Below, in pieces: positions 1 to 7,511 of a DNA stretch of 32,000 bases (positions within the stretch are counted from its first letter, which is position 1; every line of letters begins with the position of its first letter). Origin of the DNA: an uncultured archaeon. Lineage in GTDB: Archaea > Asgardarchaeota > Jordiarchaeia > Jordiarchaeales > Jordiarchaeaceae. Where the stretch lies: contig CAZECW010000038.1 in assembly GCA_964510585.1 (NCBI GenBank), positions 156-32,155 on the forward strand, in the 5' to 3' direction. The notes beneath the pieces are model-generated. The model made no database searches, was not told the DNA's origin, and was given only the letters and a program-made list of their open reading frames with translations. A program made the position numbers and the translations under genes.

Positions 1-629
1 TTTTGGGAAATGGGAACAAAAAACCACATGTTCAAAATGCACTCCTGTTTGCGGGGCCTGTTTTTGTGGCTGCTTTGGGGAAAACATTTTGCAACATTTT
101 TAATCACATTTTGTAAAAATTTGGTTCAGAAAAGTTTTTTTGTGGGGGGGACTCGGGCAGGGCACAACAAAACAGACCAGCAATGCCGGGGTGTTTTTTA
201 AGCATGTGGAAAAATTCTGGTTTTTACCGATTCAGCGTTAAAAAATGAGAGTTCAACATTACCCACAGGTGCAATCCGCTCATAAGGCAACTTTCAACTG
301 CGTAACTCCTAACTGGTTTTAAGAAATTCAGAGCAGAGATTTACAATATCTCTTACCCTGTGATAAACGTTTTCTGCATATTCTCTTCCGAAAGCCTCTC
401 TGGCTGGTATTCCTTCTATTTCGTAGCCATAGAGCGCGGGTCCCCTAACTCTAGCTAGTTCTGCTGAGAGTTCTACGATATCTTGAAGTTTTTCTTTCAG
501 ATAGTTTGGTAGTCGGTTTCCAACTTGTACAAAGACGCCGCTTACGTCATGTTCCTTTGGGTACTCAACTGTTAGGTATCTTAGGACAGCTTTTATCGCT
601 AGTTCGAGGGCTTCCTGTGATCTTCTTAC

Positions 630-909
630 AAAACCTTGGTGAGAAAGCCCCCGACTTCAAGTCGTGGGGATGAATCGCCAAAAAAGCTTATTTGAAAGTA
701 GGGTATGTAAATAGTTGTTGGTAGCTGAAGGGTTTGGCTTGGGCTCAAGGAGGCTAAACAAGACGCAGCCCCCATGAGGGTGCCAACATAGACGCCGTTC
801 CCTTTGAGGGAAGGGCGTGCTAACTGGGTGATGGCACACCCATTGCTTCCTAAGGCTCCCGATGAGCCAGAAGCAAGAATCTCCCGACTTTAGTCGCGGA
901 GAGTGTCAA
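630..909 (+). mobile_element. Non-autonomous IS200/IS605-family (IS608-like) miniature element, no tnpA or tnpB
   Basis: Inserted immediately 3' of TTAC (626-629) and ends in TCAA (906-909), with no target duplication. Left end: AAAG (644-647) plus hairpin CCCCCGACTTCAAGTCGTGGGG (648-669). Right end: GAAT (877-880) plus hairpin CTCCCGACTTTAGTCGCGGAG (881-901). Precise removal restores the HEPN frame. Confidence 0.93.
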
Positions 910-925
910 AACTCCTGCGTAGTCC
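715..925 (+). ncRNA. Predicted TnpB omegaRNA (right-end RNA) scaffold plus flanking guide
   Basis: Consecutive hairpins at 732-759, 765-783, 792-818, 825-842, 843-876 and 881-901. Loop TGGCA (832-836) can pair with terminal TGTCA (904-908) as a pseudoknot. The 5' end is estimated from a TATA-like TTATTTGA at 688-695. The guide would be the flank from 910 (AACTCCTGCGTAGTCC). Confidence 0.65.
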
Positions 926-1004
926 TTTTCTGATGAGGCTAGTTCTGCTTCCCTTAGGCATCTTTGTGCTCTGAAAATATGGTCGGAAGCCATTTTTGTA
1001 TTTT

Positions 1005-1515
1005 TCAAATCTCAACTACCTTGAGGGTTTAGCGTCTGGTTTGAGAATCCAGTAGTGGCCCCTTTCAGTTTTGATTTTTTTAGCCCCCAATTGTTTCAGC
1101 TTTTCGGACAGTTTTTCTAGGATGCCCTTAAGGAAGTTATCTCTATCGTAAAGGATCACTCCGTCGTCTATTATATCAAGAAGGATGGGGGATGTGTTTC
1201 CACTTCTTGAGGTGTGAAGAATATGTCTGAAATTAAACAGTTTCTTCCAAGTTTTCTAAGTACCTGGTAAGATTCAGTTTCTCTAAGCTTGATGTGAATC
1301 CAGTTCGTTTCCCTGAATCTTAATCCCACATCTCGTGGAAGATCCTCAGCAACGACTAAAACATCTATATCACTTCTAGGCGTAGCCTCCCCCCGAGCGA
1401 CTGAGCCGAATAGACACACTGACCTCAACCGGTTCCCAAAGTGTGAAAGAATGTATGAAACATAATCTTTCAAAAGTCCAAGGTACTCCACAGAAATCCT
1501 ACCATCAAACATCAA
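1005..1515 (-). pseudogene. Minimal nucleotidyltransferase (MNT) antitoxin with two apparent 1-bp deletions
   Basis: LFGSVARG...SDIDVLVV motif. The ORF stops early at 1171, but adding one base to the G5 run (1187-1191) continues HPPILLDIIDDGVILYDRDNFLKGILEKLSEKLKQLGAKKIKTERGHYWILKPDAKPS. A second added base near 1021 gives KVVEI*, whose TGA overlaps the HEPN TTG start (TTGA overlap, 1005-1008). Confidence 0.85.
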
Positions 1516-1547
1516 AACACTTCCACATTACAATTTGGAATAAAATA

Positions 1548-1555
1548 ATTATAAA
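1548..1555 (-). promoter_or_regulatory. Putative TATA box of the MNT-HEPN operon
   Basis: TTTATAAT on the minus strand, about 33 bp upstream of the MNT start. Confidence 0.5.
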
Positions 1556-1883
1556 CATTTAGAGAAAAGCCGGAAAAAAGACAACCCACAAGAAATGCGA
1601 TTGCCCCACTATCCAACAAATCAAATTGACAATGTTAATTTTATTTCCTAACCATTCTTCTGCACCCCTTTTTACCTTGGGAAAATGGCTCCGCTGTTTT
1701 TGGTAATTCTGGGAAGAGAACAAACCTAATAATATTCGTCAAGTGTTAAATAAATCATCAATATGTGGCACCAAAGGTAATCAAAAATGAAGACAAATAA
1801 AATAGCCAAAAATTAGGTACAAATACTCTCAGATTGGCAATTAATCAGTAAAAAGACTATGATAGGGCCAGTAACTTTTTTGG

Positions 1884-1898
1884 CGAAAAGTTTTATAT
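1884..1898 (+). promoter_or_regulatory. Archaeal BRE + TATA promoter of the HAD-ECH gene
   Basis: CGAAAAG followed by TTTTATAT, about 50 bp upstream of the start and upstream of a GGGGAG RBS. Confidence 0.7.
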
Positions 1899-1905
1899 TG
1901 GGAAC

Positions 1906-1921
1906 GAATCTCCTTAGATTC
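1906..1921. promoter_or_regulatory. Inverted repeat GAATCT-N4-AGATTC, candidate operator
   Basis: Perfect 6-bp arms between the TATA box and the predicted transcription start. Confidence 0.4.
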
Positions 1922-1946
1922 AAAGAATTCTAGGGGAGAATAAGAA

Positions 1947-3929
1947 TTGGTCAAAATAGATGAAATTAAGAAGGTTGCCGTGTTGGGCGCTGGAGTTATG
2001 GGTCACGGAATAGCAGAACTCGCAGCCCTTGCCGGCTTTGAGACTTACCTTAGAGACATAAACCAGGAGCTTGTTGACAAAGGAATGGGCATGATCAAAA
2101 AAAGCCTAGAAAAATTCGCTGAGAAAAAGAGAATCACCCAAGAGATGATGGATCAGAGTTTGAAGAGGCTGCATGGCGTTGTGGATTTTGATGAGGCTGT
2201 TAAGGGTGCAGACTTTGTAATTGAAGCCATTCCAGAAGTCATGGATCTTAAGAAAAAGACTTTTAAAGAACTTGACGAGAAGACTCCAAAACACGCCATC
2301 CTTGCAACCAATACCAGCACGCTTCCCATATCGGAAATCGCTAGTGCAACTAATCGACCTGAGAAAGTTATAGGAATGCACTTCTTCAATCCTCCGCCAC
2401 TTATGCCACTGGTGGAAATAATTCGGGGAGACAAGACCGATGACGAAACAACCCAGACCACAGTTGAAATGGCAAAGAAAATGGGCAAAATGGTTGTTGT
2501 CTGCAGAAAGGATGTTCCAGGATTCATAGTAAACAGGCTCCTAGGACCACTGCTGGCAGAAGCTGCAAGAACAGTGGAGCGGGGAGAAGCCACAGTGGAG
2601 GAAATCGACTCCGCCCTAGCCTACAAGGTTGGGTTACCAATGGGTGTCTTCCTAGTGGCGGACTATAGCGGCATAGACACAATAGTTAAGGCTTCGGAGG
2701 AAACAAAGAAGAGAGACCCCATGGCTCCTGGACCCCAGAAACTCTTCGTAGAAAAAGCCAGTAAAGGAGAGTATGGATGGAAGGCTGGGAAGGGATTCTA
2801 CGACTGGAGTAAGGGCCGCCCATCAATACCGGCTGGTGTAGGAGAAAAGTTTGACCCCGTACCACTCTTCGCCCCCGTAGTTAACGCCGCAGCGTGGCTT
2901 ATTAGAAATGACGTTGCAGACCCCCAGGACATAGATATGGGAGTCAAGTTGGGACTAGGTTATCCCAAGGGTCTCTGCGAGTTGGCTGACGAGTGGGGAA
3001 TCGATCGCATAGTCAACATTCTAAAAGAGAAGGAAGCCAAGTATGGAGACTACTACAAGGTTGACCCCCTACTGACCGAGATGGTAAATAAAGGACATAC
3101 TGGCGTTAAGGCTGGAAAAGGCTTCTACGACTATGCAGGTGCAGGATACACATACAAGGCAACAATCTTTAAGAGAGAGCCTCCACTGGCGTGGCTAATC
3201 TTTAACAGGCCGCAGAGGTTAAACGCCATAAATGCTGACCTCACAGCAGATTTAGACCACTGCTTAACCGAACTGTGGGACGATGAAGAAGTAAGGGTTC
3301 TGATAATTACTGGTGCTGGTGATAGGGCCTTTTGTGCAGGGGCGGACATTACGGGATTTAAGGGTGGAACACCAAACCTGGGTTTTGAGGCCACTCGAAG
3401 GCTGCAAATGGTCACCACCCGCATGGAGAAGTTTCCAAAACCCATAATAGCGGCTCTCAACGGTTTTGCTTTAGGCGGCGGACTGGAAATTGCTATGGCT
3501 TGCGACTTCAGACTTGCAAAGGAAGGAACATTTGTGGGGCAACCCGAAATACTCTTGGGAATAATACCCGGAGCAGGTGGAACCCAGAGGCTTTCCAAAT
3601 ATGTGGGCTTAGGCAGAGCAAAAGAAATGGTTATGCTGGGAGACCGGGTAAGCGTGGAAGAGGCTCAGAAAATGGGCCTAATTAACAAAGTATTTCCCGC
3701 AGACAAGTTTGAGGAAGAAGTCAAAAACTTTGCAAACAGACTCGCCGCAGGTCCACCAATCGCCTTGAAGATGGCCAAGTACGCCATAAACTACGGAACA
3801 GAGGTGCCTCTGGACATTGGACTACTGGTAGAGTCAGGGGTCTTCGGCGTTCTCTTCGGAACAGAAGACATGGTAGAAGGCACCACCGCGTTCCTAGAAA
3901 AAAGATTTCCCAAATTCAAAGGAAAGTAA
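1947..3929 (+). CDS. Bifunctional 3-hydroxyacyl-CoA dehydrogenase / enoyl-CoA hydratase (archaeal HAD-N, ECH-C fusion)
   Basis: GAGVMG Rossmann motif, VIEAIPE, ATNTS, GMHFFNPP, PGFIVNR, duplicated HAD C-terminal domains, then a crotonase domain with GGGLE and GQPE catalytic Glu motifs. Confidence 0.95.
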   Translation: MVKIDEIKKVAVLGAGVMGHGIAELAALAGFETYLRDINQELVDKGMGMIKKSLEKFAEKKRITQEMMDQSLKRLHGVVDFDEAVKGADFVIEAIPEVMDLKKKTFKELDEKTPKHAILATNTSTLPISEIASATNRPEKVIGMHFFNPPPLMPLVEIIRGDKTDDETTQTTVEMAKKMGKMVVVCRKDVPGFIVNRLLGPLLAEAARTVERGEATVEEIDSALAYKVGLPMGVFLVADYSGIDTIVKASEETKKRDPMAPGPQKLFVEKASKGEYGWKAGKGFYDWSKGRPSIPAGVGEKFDPVPLFAPVVNAAAWLIRNDVADPQDIDMGVKLGLGYPKGLCELADEWGIDRIVNILKEKEAKYGDYYKVDPLLTEMVNKGHTGVKAGKGFYDYAGAGYTYKATIFKREPPLAWLIFNRPQRLNAINADLTADLDHCLTELWDDEEVRVLIITGAGDRAFCAGADITGFKGGTPNLGFEATRRLQMVTTRMEKFPKPIIAALNGFALGGGLEIAMACDFRLAKEGTFVGQPEILLGIIPGAGGTQRLSKYVGLGRAKEMVMLGDRVSVEEAQKMGLINKVFPADKFEEEVKNFANRLAAGPPIALKMAKYAINYGTEVPLDIGLLVESGVFGVLFGTEDMVEGTTAFLEKRFPKFKGK

Positions 3930-4233
3930 AAACCTCACCCCTTCCCTCCTCTTTTTTATCAACTTTAATTTTTTATTTGTTTAAATCATTGCTTCGCTTA
4001 TGTAGATCCGTTCAATTCCTCCTCCAAGAGGAGCGTTCAATAGACCTCCTTTATCCATCTGGAGCCCAAAAAAAATGGATGAGTCGGACTAATCTACATC
4101 GCTACTGACATTGATTTCTATCTTGCTGGCTTCTGTAAAAAGTTTTTTAAGAGATTTCTAAGAGAAGTATTGTTTAAGTATTGTCATTTAACTATTCAGG
4201 TTTTCTTAAATATGGTGTTTTTGAGGCGGTTTT

Positions 4234-4752
4234 GTGTCAAGAGAGGAGCTTAAAAAGCTGATTTTGAAGAAGGGAGTTATTACTGGTAAACCCATAATTC
4301 TTTCAAGTACCCGTATGAGCACCTATTACTTCAACTTGAGGCCCATAGCTTTGGACCCTGTGGGCTGCAAAATGATTGCTGACGTTATGATTCCCAAAAT
4401 TAAACAGTATGAGGCTGACTGTGTGGGTGGCACCGAGGATAGTTCACTTCCCATTATTTCAATAATTTGTGCTCTGGGTGGGATTCCCGGTTTCTATGTG
4501 CGGAAGCAAACTCAAAAGTATGGTTTAAGAGAGCTAATTGAGGGCAACCTAGGGAATGTTGCAGTCTTGGTGGACGATGTAGCCACAAGTGGGGAGTCAC
4601 TCCTCCACGTGGCTAAAACTGTAAGGGAAGCTGGGTGCAAGGTGGAACACAGCATAACCATTGTTGACTTGTTAGAGGGAGCCAAAGAGAGGCTGGCGTC
4701 GCATGGCATTAAACACGAATCCATTTTTGACCGGGACGACTTCAAACTCTAA
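4234..4752 (+). CDS. Orotate phosphoribosyltransferase-like type I PRTase (divergent PyrE)
   Basis: LSS...S.YY.., RK..xYG loop and PRPP-binding VDDVATSGES. Several PyrE-conserved positions are altered. Confidence 0.8.
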   Translation: MSREELKKLILKKGVITGKPIILSSTRMSTYYFNLRPIALDPVGCKMIADVMIPKIKQYEADCVGGTEDSSLPIISIICALGGIPGFYVRKQTQKYGLRELIEGNLGNVAVLVDDVATSGESLLHVAKTVREAGCKVEHSITIVDLLEGAKERLASHGIKHESIFDRDDFKL

Positions 4753-4817
4753 AGCCGCAATTTTTAACATCAAACCACATTTTTGCCGCTACCCTTTCTA
4801 ATTATTTTGGAGGTTTT

Positions 4818-5885
4818 TTGGTGAGGTCTTATCTTGATGAGGTTGACTTTGAAACCATAAAGCAGCGCTTCGACGCCTTTTGGGATAGGGAAATTCTGGA
4901 TAGGCCCATGATTTATATAACTGCTCCTAAAGACCCTCCCAATCTTTGGGATTTTCCGGTTCCCAAAAGTGTGGAGGAAAAGTGGACAAACATAGATTAT
5001 GTTCTGTACAAGGTGGAGTTGGGCTTCGAAAACACCATCTATATGGGTGACGCAATCCCCTACTATATGCCTAATATTGGTCCGGATTCTTTTACTGCTT
5101 TTCTGGGTGGGAGACTGGTATTTAGGGATGAGGGAACCTCTTGGGCGGAACCCTTTCTTGAGGATTTGTCAAGCTATGATCCTGTTCTGAGGGAGGATAA
5201 TTATTGGTGGAATTTTATGTGTCAACTAATTGATGTGGTTTGTGAGGTTGCGGAGGGCAATTTTTTGGTGGGAATACCTGATCTTCACTATGGTGGCGAT
5301 TCTCTGGTTGCCACATTTGGTGCTCAGAGGATAATGAAAAGCCTTTTTAGGGAGCCTGAGGAGGTGCGTAGGCTAGTGGAAAAATTGGCGGACATATGTC
5401 TCACTATTTTCAACCATTACTATGATAGAATTTCGAGGGTGCAGAAGGGTTCCATCACTTGGATTCCAGCATATTCTAGGGGGAAGTATTTTGCTTTGCA
5501 GGATGATTTTTCGGGTCTGGTTTCCCCAAAAATGTTCCAAGAATTTTTCCTCAAACAGCAGGAAAAAATTTCCAAGCAGCTTGACAACTCCATTTTCCAC
5601 CTAGACGGGCCCATGGCTCTTGGAAACTTGGGCTTCCTTCTGGAGATAGAATCGCTTGATGGTATCCAATGGGTTCCCGGTGTGGGTAAGCCCATGTCGG
5701 ATTGGCTCCATGTATGTAGACGTATTCAAGACGCTGGGAAATGCCTTCAAATTGACTGTGAACCCCACGAGGTGGAATTCCTACTATCCAAACTTAAACA
5801 CGAAGGCCTTCTCCTCTGCACCTACTGCACATCAAGAAAAGAAGCCCAAGACGTTCTAAAAATTGTGGAACGGTACTCTAGGTAG
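4818..5885 (+). CDS. URO-D / MtaA-like TIM-barrel family protein, function unknown
   Basis: QDDFSGLVSPKMFQEF, FHLDGP and GIQWVPG motifs typical of the uroporphyrinogen-decarboxylase/methyltransferase superfamily. GGAGG RBS before the GTG start. Confidence 0.75.
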   Translation: MVRSYLDEVDFETIKQRFDAFWDREILDRPMIYITAPKDPPNLWDFPVPKSVEEKWTNIDYVLYKVELGFENTIYMGDAIPYYMPNIGPDSFTAFLGGRLVFRDEGTSWAEPFLEDLSSYDPVLREDNYWWNFMCQLIDVVCEVAEGNFLVGIPDLHYGGDSLVATFGAQRIMKSLFREPEEVRRLVEKLADICLTIFNHYYDRISRVQKGSITWIPAYSRGKYFALQDDFSGLVSPKMFQEFFLKQQEKISKQLDNSIFHLDGPMALGNLGFLLEIESLDGIQWVPGVGKPMSDWLHVCRRIQDAGKCLQIDCEPHEVEFLLSKLKHEGLLLCTYCTSRKEAQDVLKIVERYSR

Positions 5886-5905
5886 CCATCAGTTTAGCCG
5901 TCGAT

Positions 5906-7297
5906 TCACCTCTTCACCTTTTTCATCTCTTTCAGAATTATTTCTGAACAGTTAATTGCGCTCTCCGCTGCTAGTTCTGTTCCTATTCCCCAGCCCCCAG
6001 CGTCCCCGCCCACAAGGTACAATCCCTTTATAGGAAGCGCTGATTTGGGTCTGTTAACTCCCGACTGGTCGGCATTTTGCGCGATTCCCACCACTGTAGC
6101 TTCCTTTCCACCCAATAGTTCAATGTCTTTGGGGGTGGTAATGTCCCGCCACAATAAATTCTTTGAGAGTCCCGGAAACATTCTTTCCAGGTTTTCCATG
6201 GCATTATTGATCCATTTCTCCCTGTTTTTGTCAAAGCTTTCCCGAGGCACAGCGGTTCCCGCTATAATTAGCTGTTTACCCTTGGGTGCCAGGTTGGGAT
6301 CGTAGTTTGAAGGCACTATAACCATCAAGTCCACCTCATCTGGAACCTTGCCCTCCACTATTGCTCTAAACTTTTCTTCTGGATCCTCGAAAGTCATGGA
6401 GTTAACTATCTTGTAATGGGTTACTGGCTCCCTCAACGCCAGTTTGACTGTGAAGGCACTCATAGAATATCTGAGTCCATCCACATACTCCAAATAATCC
6501 TTCTCAAAATGTTTTCTGCCAACCAGATTGTTCACGGTTTCCCTTATTCCCGCATTACTAACCACTAATCCAGAGGAAACAAATTCACCGTTATCCAGCT
6601 CCACACCCTGCACCCGGCCATTCTCAACCACAATCTTTTGGGCTGAAATCCCGGTTCTCACTTCCCCTCCAAATTTGGTTATGCCCTGAACATATGCCCT
6701 TGGGATGGATATGCACCCCCCTTTGGGATAGCCTGTGCTCATATCTTTTGCCAGGGAAGACATGCACCTCACAAATTCTCCAGCCGAAGCTTCATGGTAG
6801 GGAACCACAAAGTACATGGTGCAAATGCCGTTAAAGAATGAGTGAACCAAAATGTTATCTGTATACTGGGATAACCAAGATTTCAAACTAACACCATCAA
6901 GTTTATGGGTGTCCTCAATCCGCATCAACTCACCCAGCAGCCTAATGAGCTCCCGATAGTCCGATTCTGGAACCAGCTTCTCAAGCTCTCTGGGAAACTT
7001 CCAAAACTTGCCCCCATAAAACTGCGCCGGACCCGGATTTCGAGCCAAAACCCATTCCACAGCATCCTCCATATGCATCATTCTCAGAACAGCGCCCAGA
7101 GGACCCTTACCCGACCTTCCAAAGGTGTGAACACCCACATCCACCTTGAAACCTTCCCTTTCATAACTTGTGCAGCGCCCACCAACAACCCCATTCTTCT
7201 CCACCAGAAGAGTTTTCAAACCATTAAAGGCCAAAATACCTCCAATAGCTGTGCCCCCAATGCCGCCACCAACAACCACCACATCATAACCAGACAT
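5906..7297 (-). CDS. FAD-dependent oxidoreductase, phytoene-desaturase-like (COG1233)
   Basis: DVVVVGGGIGG...LLVEKN..VGGRC..Y..EGF.VDVGVH, YPKGG and C-terminal GLYLVG.DA motifs. Start re-assigned to ATG 7297 (MSGYDV). Confidence 0.85.
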   Translation of the reverse strand: MSGYDVVVVGGGIGGTAIGGILAFNGLKTLLVEKNGVVGGRCTSYEREGFKVDVGVHTFGRSGKGPLGAVLRMMHMEDAVEWVLARNPGPAQFYGGKFWKFPRELEKLVPESDYRELIRLLGELMRIEDTHKLDGVSLKSWLSQYTDNILVHSFFNGICTMYFVVPYHEASAGEFVRCMSSLAKDMSTGYPKGGCISIPRAYVQGITKFGGEVRTGISAQKIVVENGRVQGVELDNGEFVSSGLVVSNAGIRETVNNLVGRKHFEKDYLEYVDGLRYSMSAFTVKLALREPVTHYKIVNSMTFEDPEEKFRAIVEGKVPDEVDLMVIVPSNYDPNLAPKGKQLIIAGTAVPRESFDKNREKWINNAMENLERMFPGLSKNLLWRDITTPKDIELLGGKEATVVGIAQNADQSGVNRPKSALPIKGLYLVGGDAGGWGIGTELAAESAINCSEIILKEMKKVKR

Positions 7298-7511
7298 CTC
7301 AAAAAACACCCCTAAAAAGCCCAAAAATTGCTCCATTTAAACTAAACCTATATTCCCCAACCAATTAAGTTTAACGCACCAAAAATCTTTCCCACTAAAA
7401 AATGAGCAGTGCTCCCTCCTAATTCCCTCCAAATTTACCACTTTCTTTTTATACTTCAACCAATCCAGAATCCATTCAAATCATCCAAAAAAGAATTAGA
7501 GAGGTGTTTCT

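Larger units (their letters stand above)
309..1008 (-). pseudogene. HEPN-domain protein (MNT-associated toxin type), interrupted by a 280-bp insertion
   Basis: Manual translation of the minus strand. 1008-910 reads MKNTKMASDHIFRAQRCLREAELASSEKDYAGV; 629-309 reads VRRSQEALELAIKAVLRYLTVEYPKEHDVSG...ELARVRGPALYGYEIEGIPAREAF...LCSEFLKTS*. Removing 630-909 restores a 139-aa in-frame HEPN ORF. Not in the supplied ORF track. Confidence 0.93.

Noticed and set aside
10-201. 63-aa ORF and low-complexity T/A/G-run region at the window start
   Set aside because: No RBS or protein-like motifs; it looks like intergenic sequence.
657-839. 60-aa minus-strand ORF inside the mini-element
   Set aside because: No similarity to TnpA/TnpB motifs; it overlaps the structured RNA region and is probably a chance ORF.
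630-909. Insertion as a self-splicing IStron or intron that would rescue HEPN expression
   Set aside because: The element lies antisense to the HEPN gene, is only 280 bp, and shows no recognisable group I core or bulge-helix-bulge junction.
927-974. C/D-box-like TGATGA...CTGA pair
   Set aside because: Lies antisense within the HEPN coding sequence, the C box is imperfect, and no C'/D' boxes or terminal stem are evident.
4010-4045. CRISPR array
   Set aside because: Only one repeat-like unit; no second repeat, no spacers and no cas genes in the window.
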